From Erysipelothrix larvae (GTDB lineage Bacteria; Bacillota_I; Bacilli_A; Erysipelotrichales; Erysipelotrichaceae), in the NCBI RefSeq assembly GCF_001545095.1, contig NZ_CP013213.1, positions 90,001 to 122,000 on the forward strand: a DNA stretch of 32,000 nucleotides. Direction: 5' to 3'. The translations under genes and the position numbers were made by a program. Shown here piece after piece: positions 16,398 to 28,085 of this stretch; within the stretch, counting starts at the first letter, position 1; each line of letters begins with the position of its first letter. The notes beneath the pieces are model-generated. The model did not search any database and was not told where the DNA came from. It was given only the letters and a program-made list of their open reading frames with translations.

Positions 16398-17234
16398 TTG
16401 AAAATAATAAAGATATTGAATAATAACGTAATCGTTTCAATCGATGAGGATGGGCGAGAAGTTGTAGCAATGGGTTCTGGTTTGGCTTTTGGACGAAGAG
16501 TGGGAGATACTGTTAGTGATCAAAAAGTAGACAAGCTGTTTCGCCTTGAAGGGAATGCTAATCGGAATCATTACTATGATTTGTTGCAAGAAATTCCAAT
16601 GGAGTACTTGACCTTAAGTGATGAAATCGTGCGTGATGCGAAGACTAAAATGGGGAAGCCATTAAGTGATATTGTCTATATAACGCTTTCTGATCATATT
16701 TATCAGGCAATTTCACGAGCGCGCGAGGGGATTCAGTTAAGAAATGCACTCTTATGGGATATTAAGCATTTCTACCCAATGGAGTATGAAATTGGAATGA
16801 TGACTCAAGCATTGATTCAAGAACGCTTTGGTGTATCACTTCTTGATGATGAAGCAGGGTTTATTGCACTTCACTTTGTGAATGCAGAAGTGGGCTCAAC
16901 AATGGAACATATTGTTGAGATTACAAAGATACTTCAAGAAGTAACCAATGTAATTCGATATTTTTTTAAAGTAAAGATTGATGAATCAACCGTACATTTC
17001 TATCGATACATCACACATATCAAGTTCTTTGCGCAACGGCTTGTTGATCGAAAAACGTATGATGGAAGTGATGACGATGAGCTGCTTGAGTTGGTTAAGC
17101 GAAAGTACAAGAATTCATACGATTGTGCAAACGAAATCAAACGCTTTATTTTAAAGCAATATAATTATTCATTATCTGGGGAAGAAATTCTCTATCTAAC
17201 GATTCACATTCAGCGTCTGATTTACGGGTCATAA
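16398..17234 (+). CDS. licT: BglG/LicT-family PRD-containing transcription antiterminator
   Basis: (M)KIIKILNNNVIVS... is a CAT domain, followed by two PRD-like regions; 278 aa. The TTG start at 16398 follows GGGGGTG by 5 nt. The track's ATG at 16383 has no SD. Confidence 0.88.
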   Translation: MKIIKILNNNVIVSIDEDGREVVAMGSGLAFGRRVGDTVSDQKVDKLFRLEGNANRNHYYDLLQEIPMEYLTLSDEIVRDAKTKMGKPLSDIVYITLSDHIYQAISRAREGIQLRNALLWDIKHFYPMEYEIGMMTQALIQERFGVSLLDDEAGFIALHFVNAEVGSTMEHIVEITKILQEVTNVIRYFFKVKIDESTVHFYRYITHIKFFAQRLVDRKTYDGSDDDELLELVKRKYKNSYDCANEIKRFILKQYNYSLSGEEILYLTIHIQRLIYGS

Positions 17235-17247
17235 GACTTAAGCTATT

Positions 17248-17274
17248 GGATAGTGACATTAAGTTGGCTAAACC
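17248..17274 (+). promoter_or_regulatory. Second RAT element between licT and bglP
   Basis: GGATAGTGACATTAAGTTGGCTAAACC is 27 nt. Both ends closely match the canonical GGATTGTTAC...GGCAAAACC and the first RAT. Confidence 0.65.
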
Positions 17275-17321
17275 TTCGAGATAACGTATTTCCTATACGA
17301 TATGAAAACGGAGGGTTTAAT

Positions 17322-20587
<3,266 letters not shown>

Positions 20588-20594
20588 GTAAATC

Positions 20595-20627
20595 AAGCAA
20601 CATCAGCAATGGTGTTGCTTTTTTTTT
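20595..20627 (+). terminator. Rho-independent terminator after the bgl operon
   Basis: AAGCAACA (20595-20602) pairs with TGTTGCTT (20613-20620), followed by TTTTTTT. Confidence 0.8.
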
Positions 20628-20959
20628 AGTGTTCCCGATATAAATAGAATTATTGTCAAAAACTAAAAAAATCGAGATAAAAGAACTTGGAATTTAAAGG
20701 TGTAAAACGATCGAATGATGCACGAAATGACCTAAAAAATGTAAACGCAACCATAAAATCGTTTAATAAGTATGTAAAGTCGCGTAGAGTAAATGATTAA
20801 TATACTAAAAGCCCTTACAAATATTATGAAATTTTTTGTTTGGTCAGAGAATAAATTTATACAAATGTTTCTCAAAAAAGCACATTTTTTAATGTTATTA
20901 AGATGAAAATATGTAATAATAAAGTTAGAAGTAAGTGATGTATAAAATGAGGTAAAATT

Positions 20960-21292
20960 ATGGGTAGAAATCAAAGACCTGGAGATAAAGGAAATCTATC
21001 GATTACACTTCAAACAATTACAATACTTATATCGAAACCGCTTAACTTAGGGTTTATGATTCTAGGGATTGTGATGCTCTATACAAATGGAGTCGCAGTG
21101 CTTGATGGTGAACCTGTTTATGGAAGCGGACAAAGTGGTATCTATATGAGCTACATGTTTATAGTTTTGGGGGTGTTTCTTGTACTCTATTGCGGATACC
21201 AAGTTTTCTTCGTTAAAGTGAGAGACCAACTCGCATCTTTAGGGCGAGATGAAACGGAAACTCCGACTAAAAAAGAAAAAAATAGTGAATAA
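20960..21292 (+). CDS. Small hypothetical membrane protein (2 predicted TM segments, charged C-terminal tail)
   Basis: 110 aa. GAGGT lies 6 nt upstream of the ATG. Hydrophobic segments are LGFMILGIVMLY and MSYMFIVLGVFLVLYCGYQVFF. I recognise no family. Confidence 0.5.
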   Translation: MGRNQRPGDKGNLSITLQTITILISKPLNLGFMILGIVMLYTNGVAVLDGEPVYGSGQSGIYMSYMFIVLGVFLVLYCGYQVFFVKVRDQLASLGRDETETPTKKEKNSE

Positions 21293-21365
21293 AGGATGTG
21301 TATAAAATGTTTGTAAGGGACATTAGCTTGAATATTCATACTCTACCGTTCTTTAGTCATGCACT

Positions 21366-21416
21366 AGACTATTCACGTCGATTTTTTAAATTGCACGTTT
21401 TGAATAGTCTTTTTTA
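21366..21416 (+). terminator. Terminator-like hairpin between the small membrane gene and glgB
   Basis: AGACTATTCA (21366-21375) pairs perfectly over 10 bp with TGAATAGTCT (21401-21410), with a 25 nt loop, followed by TTTTTT. It ends 18 nt before the glgB start. Confidence 0.55.
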
Positions 21417-21434
21417 TAGAGAAGGGGGAGCGAT

Positions 21435-23288
21435 GTGAAAGAGACACGTTTGTTAGATGAAGTGCTTTCTTTTAATGAAGGGAAGCACATCCATATTTAT
21501 AAAATATTAGGAGCGCATAGAGATGGTGATGGCGTTCGATTTAGTGTCTGGGCTCCTTGTGCAAAAGGTGTTGCCGTAGTTGGCGATTTCTCAAATTGGG
21601 AACCAATATGGATGGAACCGTTGTTTCAAAGTGGTGTTTGGGTGGCACACGTAAACAATGTGTATGAAGGGAATCATTACAAGTATTTAATTGTCGATCA
21701 AAATGATAACCATCATATGAAAATTGATCCATTTGCCCAAAAGTTTGAGATGCCACCTCAGAATGCTTCGATAATCTACTTCGAACCTGAATTTATTTGG
21801 ACAGATGAAGCCTGGTATGAACAAAATAAAGCAGTGGATTCCGATAGTCGTCCGCTAAATATTTATGAAGTCCATGCTTCATCATGGATGCGTCATTATG
21901 ACGGGTCGGCGTATTCATTCTATGAGTTAGCCGATAAACTAGTTCCGTATGTTAAAGAAATGGGATATACGCATATCGAGTTTATGCCGCTTATGGAACA
22001 TCCATTAGATGCTTCGTGGGGATATCAAATTACAGGATATTTTGCAGTTGCTTCACGCTATGGTGATAAACAAGGGCTACGTCATTTTGTAAACGAGGCG
22101 CACCGTAATGGGATTGGTGTAATCTTAGATTGGGTGCCCGGTCATTTCTGTCAAAACAGTGATGCACTTGCTAGTTTTGATGGGACCAACACCTTTGAAT
22201 ATCAAAATGAAATATGTGCTATGAATCAACGGTGGGGTGCAAGAAACTTTGACCTTGGTCGAAATGAAGTGAAGAGCTTCTTGTTCTCAAGTGCAATGTA
22301 CTGGATTCATGAGTTCCACGTTGATGGAATTCGCGTTGATGCAGTATCAAACATGCTCTATCTTGATTATGATTTACCACCACACGTTCTCAATGAGGAT
22401 GGGACCAATATAAATCACAAGGGTGTTAAGTTCTTGAAAGAACTAAATTACTTAATCCACACCGAAACGACTGCTTTCACAGTTGCGGAAGAAAGCACTG
22501 CATGGAATGGCATCACAAAAAACACGGGTGAAACGGGATTAGGATTTGATTACAAATGGAATATGGGATGGATGAATGATATCTTGCGATTCTTTGAATT
22601 GGATCCACTGTATCGCGTTCACCATATGCAATTGGCGACGTTTGTATTTATGTATCAATATAACGAGCGCTACATTTTGGCACTATCACATGATGAAGTC
22701 GTCCATGGAAAGCGATCATTACTTGCGAAAATGCCAGGCGATCGATATAACCAATTTGCCCAATTGAAAGTTCTTTATGGATTAATGATGTTCCTTCCAG
22801 GGAAAAAACTTAACTTTATGGGAAATGAGTTAGGTCAATATCTCGAATGGCGCTATTATGAAGAATTGGAATGGGGTGTACTTGGGTATGAATATAACCG
22901 GGAATACCAACATTTTGTAAGAACACTCAATTATCTATATTTAGAAAATGACGAGTTTTATGAGCTTGAGTATCAGCCTGAAGGATTAACCATACTCCAG
23001 GCAAGTCACGATAATCCATTGATTATCGCCTTAAAAAGAAACAGTTCGAAGCGGTCAATATATGCAGTAATTAACCTTGAGCCAATCGAACATAAAGCAC
23101 ACCGAGTCGGTGTGAGTAATTTGGGGGAGTACAGCATTCGCATTAATTCAGAATCACGAGAGTTTGGAGGTTCATGGGTTTGGTATGATCAAAACGTCAA
23201 GGCAGAAGAAGTACCACATGATTCCCAACCATATTCAGTTGAATTAGTCGTACCAGCGTACGGGGTATTAATACTAGAGAGGAAATAG
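21435..23288 (+). CDS. glgB: 1,4-alpha-glucan branching enzyme
   Basis: GH13 motifs DWVPGHF, GIRVDAV, AEES and ALSHDEV; 617 aa. GTG start preceded by AAGGGGGAG. Confidence 0.93.
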   Translation: MKETRLLDEVLSFNEGKHIHIYKILGAHRDGDGVRFSVWAPCAKGVAVVGDFSNWEPIWMEPLFQSGVWVAHVNNVYEGNHYKYLIVDQNDNHHMKIDPFAQKFEMPPQNASIIYFEPEFIWTDEAWYEQNKAVDSDSRPLNIYEVHASSWMRHYDGSAYSFYELADKLVPYVKEMGYTHIEFMPLMEHPLDASWGYQITGYFAVASRYGDKQGLRHFVNEAHRNGIGVILDWVPGHFCQNSDALASFDGTNTFEYQNEICAMNQRWGARNFDLGRNEVKSFLFSSAMYWIHEFHVDGIRVDAVSNMLYLDYDLPPHVLNEDGTNINHKGVKFLKELNYLIHTETTAFTVAEESTAWNGITKNTGETGLGFDYKWNMGWMNDILRFFELDPLYRVHHMQLATFVFMYQYNERYILALSHDEVVHGKRSLLAKMPGDRYNQFAQLKVLYGLMMFLPGKKLNFMGNELGQYLEWRYYEELEWGVLGYEYNREYQHFVRTLNYLYLENDEFYELEYQPEGLTILQASHDNPLIIALKRNSSKRSIYAVINLEPIEHKAHRVGVSNLGEYSIRINSESREFGGSWVWYDQNVKAEEVPHDSQPYSVELVVPAYGVLILERK

Positions 23289-23292
23289 ACTT

Positions 23293-24426
23293 ATGAAGAA
23301 TGAAATGTTAGCAATGATCCTCGCGGGAGGACAAGGGTCACGTTTAGGGAAATTAACACGTGAGACTGCAAAACCAGCGGTTCCATTTGGAGGGCGATAT
23401 CGTATCATTGATTTTGCATTAAGCAACTGCGCAAATTCAAATGTTTTTGATGTGGGTGTGGTAACACAATACCAACCACTCGAACTGAACGAACATATTG
23501 GGAAAGGTGCATCATGGGGTCTTGACAGACAGAACACAAGTGTTCAAATTCTTCAACCATACTCAAGCATTGATGGTGATCAATGGTTTAAAGGGACTGC
23601 AAATGCGATTTACCAAAACCTTGCATACATTGACTCGAAGAATCCTGAATTTGTGCTGATTTTATCGGGCGACCATATTTACAAAATGAACTATGACAAA
23701 ATGCTTGAAGAACATAAGAAGAATGATGCGGACTTAACAGTCGCTGTTTTAGAAGTGCCAATGGAAGAAGCTTCACGATTTGGTATTATGGCTACTGACG
23801 AAGAAAACCGCATTGTAGAGTTCCAAGAAAAACCGGAACATCCAAAAGGAAATCTTGCGTCGATGGGAATCTATATCTTTAGCTGGAAGAAGCTCCGCCA
23901 TTATTTAGTGGATGACCAAGCAAAAGAAGGATATATGTTAGACTTTGGAAAACATGTGATTCCTGCCTATATTGAAAATAAAGAGCGTGTATATGCGTTT
24001 GGATTTAAAGGGTATTGGAAAGATGTTGGAACGATTGAAAGTCTTTGGGAAGCAAACATGGACTTTATCAACCCAAATCATGAACTTGATATTCGTGATG
24101 AAAGCTGGCCAGTATATACAAAATCAGTTGTGGCACCACCCCAATTTATTAAAGAATCAGCGGTGATATCACGCTCGCTTGTTGTTGATGGATGTTCAAT
24201 CAACGGTACAGTAGAATCTTCAATTCTTTCGCCTTTTGTGAATGTAGGCAAAGGTGCTATTGTACGTAATTCTGTTGTATTGCCAGGTGCGCAAATCAAA
24301 GATGGTGCGGTTGTTGAATATGCGATCGTTGGTGAAGGTGCAATCATTAAAGACAATGTAAGAATTGTAGGTCAAGAAAATAATATTGAAGTAATTGGTT
24401 ACCGTGAAGTGGTCGTGGAGGTGTAG
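23293..24426 (+). CDS. glgC: Glucose-1-phosphate adenylyltransferase, catalytic subunit
   Basis: [16 protein letters not shown]...[19 protein letters not shown], with a C-terminal left-handed beta-helix region. Confidence 0.93.
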   Translation: MKNEMLAMILAGGQGSRLGKLTRETAKPAVPFGGRYRIIDFALSNCANSNVFDVGVVTQYQPLELNEHIGKGASWGLDRQNTSVQILQPYSSIDGDQWFKGTANAIYQNLAYIDSKNPEFVLILSGDHIYKMNYDKMLEEHKKNDADLTVAVLEVPMEEASRFGIMATDEENRIVEFQEKPEHPKGNLASMGIYIFSWKKLRHYLVDDQAKEGYMLDFGKHVIPAYIENKERVYAFGFKGYWKDVGTIESLWEANMDFINPNHELDIRDESWPVYTKSVVAPPQFIKESAVISRSLVVDGCSINGTVESSILSPFVNVGKGAIVRNSVVLPGAQIKDGAVVEYAIVGEGAIIKDNVRIVGQENNIEVIGYREVVVEV

Positions 24427-24427
24427 T

Positions 24428-25582
24428 ATGAGAATCAGTAAAGTATGTGCAATTATTAATCTTGCAGGGCAAGAAGTTAAGTTAAAACCATTAACAGATC
24501 ATCGTCCAATTGCCGCACTACCATTTGATGGAAGGTATCGTATTATCGACTTTATGTTGTCAAGTGTGTCTCAAGCAAACCTTGAGTCTGTTGCGATTTT
24601 CATTGAAGAAAGTGGTCGTTCAATTTATGACCATATTCGCAGTGGACGTGATTGGGATCTCGATGGATCGCTTTATGGAGGGGTATTTACATACTCTCAC
24701 CAACGTCGGAAATTAGCGGATTATTTAATTCACCAACAAAACGAAAGTTTTTATGAAAATCATATGATGTTTACTGACCGTGCATATGCTGATTATGTTG
24801 TCATTATGGAAGGCGATGCTGTGCATAATATTGATTTAGTTGAAGTGCTGAATTGGCATGAACAACATGAAGGTGAAATTACAGTTGCCTATAAGAAAAT
24901 GCCATTACAAGCTGCAATTGATGCAGAAACAGAAGCAGTTTATGTCATTGGCGATGATAAATCACTTTTAGACATAGAACTTATGTCTACTGTATCTGAA
25001 GAAAATGTAGCGGTAGACTGTGGTGTATACGTAATTAATCGTACAACACTCTTTGATATTTTTGAAACAGCAGAAAGAGAAGGTTACTTAGTAGATATTG
25101 GATCCTTAGTTCGTGCAAACCTTACAAAATATCCAGTTCGTTTCTATGAATATGAAGGATATCTTGCGAAAATTACATCCGTTCAAGCATACTACGATGC
25201 AAATATGTCAATGTTACGACCAGAAATCTTTGACTCACTACACAAAGGCGACAACTGTATCGTAACACGTTCAAAGAGTGGAGCACCGACCTATTATGGT
25301 GAAAATGCGGTGGTAAAAAATGCGCAGATAGCAACAGGATGCATCATTGAAGGGCATGTTGAAAACTCAATTATATCAAGAAAAACATTGATTGAACCAG
25401 AAGCATTTGTAGGAAATTCAGTAATTGGTGCAGGTGCTAAGGTTAAGCGCGGATCACGGATTGAATATGCTATTTTGGACAAAGGGGTTGTGGTTGAATC
25501 CGGTGTGCAAATTGTTGGAACCGCCGATAATCCAATTGTAATAAGCAAGAAGGCACACATTCAATTAGGAGATAAACTATGA
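24428..25582 (+). CDS. glgD: Glucose-1-phosphate adenylyltransferase, GlgD regulatory subunit
   Basis: A GlgC paralogue ([17 protein letters not shown]) lacking the GGxGxRL loop. ATG 24428 follows GGAGGTG. The track's start at 24395 lies inside glgC. Confidence 0.85.
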   Translation: MRISKVCAIINLAGQEVKLKPLTDHRPIAALPFDGRYRIIDFMLSSVSQANLESVAIFIEESGRSIYDHIRSGRDWDLDGSLYGGVFTYSHQRRKLADYLIHQQNESFYENHMMFTDRAYADYVVIMEGDAVHNIDLVEVLNWHEQHEGEITVAYKKMPLQAAIDAETEAVYVIGDDKSLLDIELMSTVSEENVAVDCGVYVINRTTLFDIFETAEREGYLVDIGSLVRANLTKYPVRFYEYEGYLAKITSVQAYYDANMSMLRPEIFDSLHKGDNCIVTRSKSGAPTYYGENAVVKNAQIATGCIIEGHVENSIISRKTLIEPEAFVGNSVIGAGAKVKRGSRIEYAILDKGVVVESGVQIVGTADNPIVISKKAHIQLGDKL

Positions 25583-27006
25583 AAGTACTCTTTGCAGCTG
25601 CAGAGTGCGTGCCGTTTGTAAAGACTGGTGGTCTTGCGGATGTAGTGGGTGCTTTGCCAAAAACATTAATTGAAAAAGGGATTGAAGTAGAAGTGATTTT
25701 ACCATTCTATAGCCAAATCCCTGATAAATATCGCGATGCTGTTGAACATATCTTAGATTTTAAAATAAAGATGGGGTGGAGGCATGTTTATTGTGGTGTT
25801 AAAAAGCTTGTGTTAGAAGGGGTTACGTATTATTTTGTAGATAATGAATCCTTCTTTAAGCGTGAAGGACTCTATGGACATTGGGATGATGGAGAACGCT
25901 TTGCCTACTTTTCGATGGCAGTATGCGAGATTATGGATCGTCTCAGTATTGTACCAAATATTATTCACGTGCATGACTGGCACACAGCAATGATTCCTAT
26001 GTTGCTTGTGCATAAGTATTCATGGATGGAACCACTCAAGAATATTCGAAAAGTATTAACAATCCACAACCTTAAGTTCCAAGGGATATATAACCCAATC
26101 ATCCTTGAGAGTTGCTTTGGGATTGGTATGGAAAGCTTTGTGGATCAAGGTGTAAAATACTATGATAAAGTAAACTTCCTTCAAGGTGGGATCCAATATG
26201 CAGATTGTGTGACTACAGTAAGCCCACAATATGCTGAAGAAATCAAAACATCAGAGTTTGGGGAAACCCTTGATGGTGTGTTGCGTTTCAATGATTGGAA
26301 ACTCCATGGGATTTTGAATGGTATTGATACAGATCTCTATAATCCAGCAACGGACAATGCATTATTTGATAATTACTCTGATAAACGATTACCCGGGAAA
26401 TACAGACATAAACAAGAACTTCAAAAACTATTAGGGCTTGAAGTGAATCCAAACATTCCAATGATCGCAAGTATCAGTCGATTAACGGACCAGAAAGGAT
26501 TCCAACTTGTTTCTGCAGTGTTAGAGCCACTGATGCAACGTGAAGTACAATATGTTGTGTTAGGAACCGGTGAGTATGAATATGAGTCCTACTATAAAGA
26601 AATGGCAGGAAGATATCCACATAAGATGTCTGCTCGGATAGAATTTGATGCATCGCTTGCACAACAAATCTATGCAGCCAGCGATTTCTTCCTAATGCCT
26701 TCTGCATTTGAACCATGTGGACTTTCACAGTTGATCGCACTGCGTTATGGATCAATTCCAATCGTTCATGAAACAGGTGGGCTTAAAGACACAGTAGAAC
26801 CTTACAACCGCTTTGAAGAAAAAGGAACGGGCTTTAGCTTTAATATCTTCTCAGCTGAAGTCATGATGCACATGATTGATGAAGCGCTTGAAGTTTACCG
26901 TCGCAAACCAGCATACACGCGGCTTGTACGGCATGCTATGCGTCAAGATTTTGGATGGGATAAATCCGCAGATCAGTATATTGATCTATATAAGAGTTTG
27001 ATGTAA
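25579..27006 (+). CDS. glgA: Glycogen synthase (ADP-glucose type)
   Basis: MKVLFAAAECVPFVKTGGLADVVGALP, with a GT5 C-terminal domain. ATGA overlap with glgD. Confidence 0.93.
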   Translation: MKVLFAAAECVPFVKTGGLADVVGALPKTLIEKGIEVEVILPFYSQIPDKYRDAVEHILDFKIKMGWRHVYCGVKKLVLEGVTYYFVDNESFFKREGLYGHWDDGERFAYFSMAVCEIMDRLSIVPNIIHVHDWHTAMIPMLLVHKYSWMEPLKNIRKVLTIHNLKFQGIYNPIILESCFGIGMESFVDQGVKYYDKVNFLQGGIQYADCVTTVSPQYAEEIKTSEFGETLDGVLRFNDWKLHGILNGIDTDLYNPATDNALFDNYSDKRLPGKYRHKQELQKLLGLEVNPNIPMIASISRLTDQKGFQLVSAVLEPLMQREVQYVVLGTGEYEYESYYKEMAGRYPHKMSARIEFDASLAQQIYAASDFFLMPSAFEPCGLSQLIALRYGSIPIVHETGGLKDTVEPYNRFEEKGTGFSFNIFSAEVMMHMIDEALEVYRRKPAYTRLVRHAMRQDFGWDKSADQYIDLYKSLM

Positions 27007-27007
27007 G

Positions 27008-27032
27008 AAAAACGGCAGATGCCGTTTTCTTT
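27008..27032 (+). terminator. Rho-independent terminator after glgA
   Basis: AAAAACGGCA-gat-GCCGTTTT followed by CTTT. Confidence 0.75.
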
Positions 27033-27195
27033 ATGTCCTGGGTTCACATAAATTAATCAATCGGTTCATGAAGTAGGGAGATGCTTTGCGATATTACCTT
27101 ATCACAGCATGTCATTTTTGATTCCTAAGATTTGATAAAGAACAATGGATTTGAGGGGAAGGTTTCTTAAATGTATACTAAAAGGTTTGGATTTT

Positions 27196-27204
27196 TGATA
27201 TAAT
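27196..27204 (+). promoter_or_regulatory. Extended -10 (TGATATAAT) upstream of the phosphatase gene
   Basis: It lies 25 nt upstream of ATG 27229, with SD GGAGGTG in between. Confidence 0.4.
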
Positions 27205-27228
27205 AGTACACATTACGGAGGTGCTTAT

Positions 27229-27996
27229 ATGGTTGATAAAACATTTGTGAAATTGTCTAACTTTAGAGATTTGGGTGGCATGAAGAATCAGGAAGGGAAA
27301 TCGATTAAGCCTTATAAATTATTGCGTAGTGGTCAATTATATGACCTTCCAAGCCAAGAAATTCAAACCCTTGAAACCGTCTATCAACTCAAGACTATCG
27401 TGGATTTAAGACGCCCAATTGAAGCAGAAAAGAGTCCAAATTCTGAGATACAGGGAGCAACGAATCACTTACTCGATGTTTCTGGAGGTGCGGAATATTC
27501 CACGACTCAAGAAGCCTTCCTTGAATATCTCTCCAATGTATCAGCAGATGAGTCTTTAATGCGTTCATATGAATCATTTATTCTTAGCGACAATGCAATA
27601 TCACAGTACCGTCAATTTTTTGATATCCTATTAAACCAAGAAGGCGGATCATTGTTATGGCATTGCTTTGCAGGGAAAGACCGTACGGGGATTGCTGCAC
27701 TCTATTTGTTAACAGCTTTAAATGTAGATGATGATACAATCATGGAAGACTATTTGCTTACAAATGAGTTAAGGGAACATGATAACCAAATTAGAATTAA
27801 CGAGCTTAGAGAACAAGGTGTATCAGAACCATTGGTTCAAAACATGTATGAAATGCTACGTGTAAAGGAATCCTATCTTAAACACGCGATAAAATTAATT
27901 GATGATAATTTTGGAAACAGAACGAATTTTCTTTATAATAAACTCGATTTAGATGATTCTAAGATTGCAAAACTCTATCATATGTATTTAGATTAA
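27229..27996 (+). CDS. Protein-tyrosine/dual-specificity phosphatase-like protein (Y_phosphatase3-type)
   Basis: 255 aa with the CX5R P-loop [10 protein letters not shown]. Confidence 0.8.
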   Translation: MVDKTFVKLSNFRDLGGMKNQEGKSIKPYKLLRSGQLYDLPSQEIQTLETVYQLKTIVDLRRPIEAEKSPNSEIQGATNHLLDVSGGAEYSTTQEAFLEYLSNVSADESLMRSYESFILSDNAISQYRQFFDILLNQEGGSLLWHCFAGKDRTGIAALYLLTALNVDDDTIMEDYLLTNELREHDNQIRINELREQGVSEPLVQNMYEMLRVKESYLKHAIKLIDDNFGNRTNFLYNKLDLDDSKIAKLYHMYLD

Positions 27997-28020
27997 GAAG
28001 CAGGGAACTGTTTCTTTTTT
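27997..28020 (+). terminator. Rho-independent terminator after the phosphatase gene
   Basis: GAAGCAG (27997-28003) pairs with CTGTTTC (28008-28014), 7 bp with one G-U pair and a GGAA loop, followed by TTTTTT. Confidence 0.65.
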
Positions 28021-28037
28021 GCCAGTTCGTGATGCTA

Positions 28038-28064
28038 TTGAAACGCACATAATCGTGATATAAT
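28038..28064 (+). promoter_or_regulatory. Candidate uvrA promoter
   Basis: TTGAAA (28038-28043) and extended -10 TGATATAAT (28056-28064). The 15 nt spacer is short. Confidence 0.4.
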
Positions 28065-28085
28065 AACAAAAGACTCGGAGGGTTT

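Noticed and set aside
17253-17321. Upstream extension of bglP (track start 17253), and similar extensions at 6405 (uvrB), 24395 (glgD), 8576 (LytTR), 16383 (licT), 11187 (dehydrogenase) and 19154 (bglH)
   Set aside because: In each case the downstream start has a properly spaced SD and gives the family-typical N-terminus and length. The upstream start lacks an SD or lies inside the preceding gene or regulatory RNA.
20732-20974. 80-aa minus-strand ORF in the AT-rich gap before the small membrane gene
   Set aside because: It has low-complexity Ile/Phe/Asn/Thr-rich composition and no SD, and it overlaps the start of the plus-strand gene. This is typical of spurious ORFs in AT-rich DNA.
20936-21310. 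Repeated motif GATGT(G)TATAAAATG at 20936-20949 and 21294-21309 as shared promoters
   Set aside because: Neither copy has a usable -35, and the TG is not at the canonical extended -10 position. The first copy abuts the SD of the small membrane gene. This is likely coincidental AT-rich similarity.
21311-21345. Sigma-E-like sporulation promoter (CATACTCT resembling the CATACA-T -10) upstream of glgB, by analogy with B. subtilis glgBCDAP
   Set aside because: I could not place a convincing -35 at the required spacing, and I do not know whether this organism sporulates. It is too speculative to list as a feature.
28005-28028. GAACTG...CAGTTCG upstream of uvrA as a possible LexA (Cheo) box
   Set aside because: The half-sites are 12 nt apart rather than following the GAAC-N4-GTTC spacing. 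The left half is better explained as part of the phosphatase gene terminator (27997-28020).
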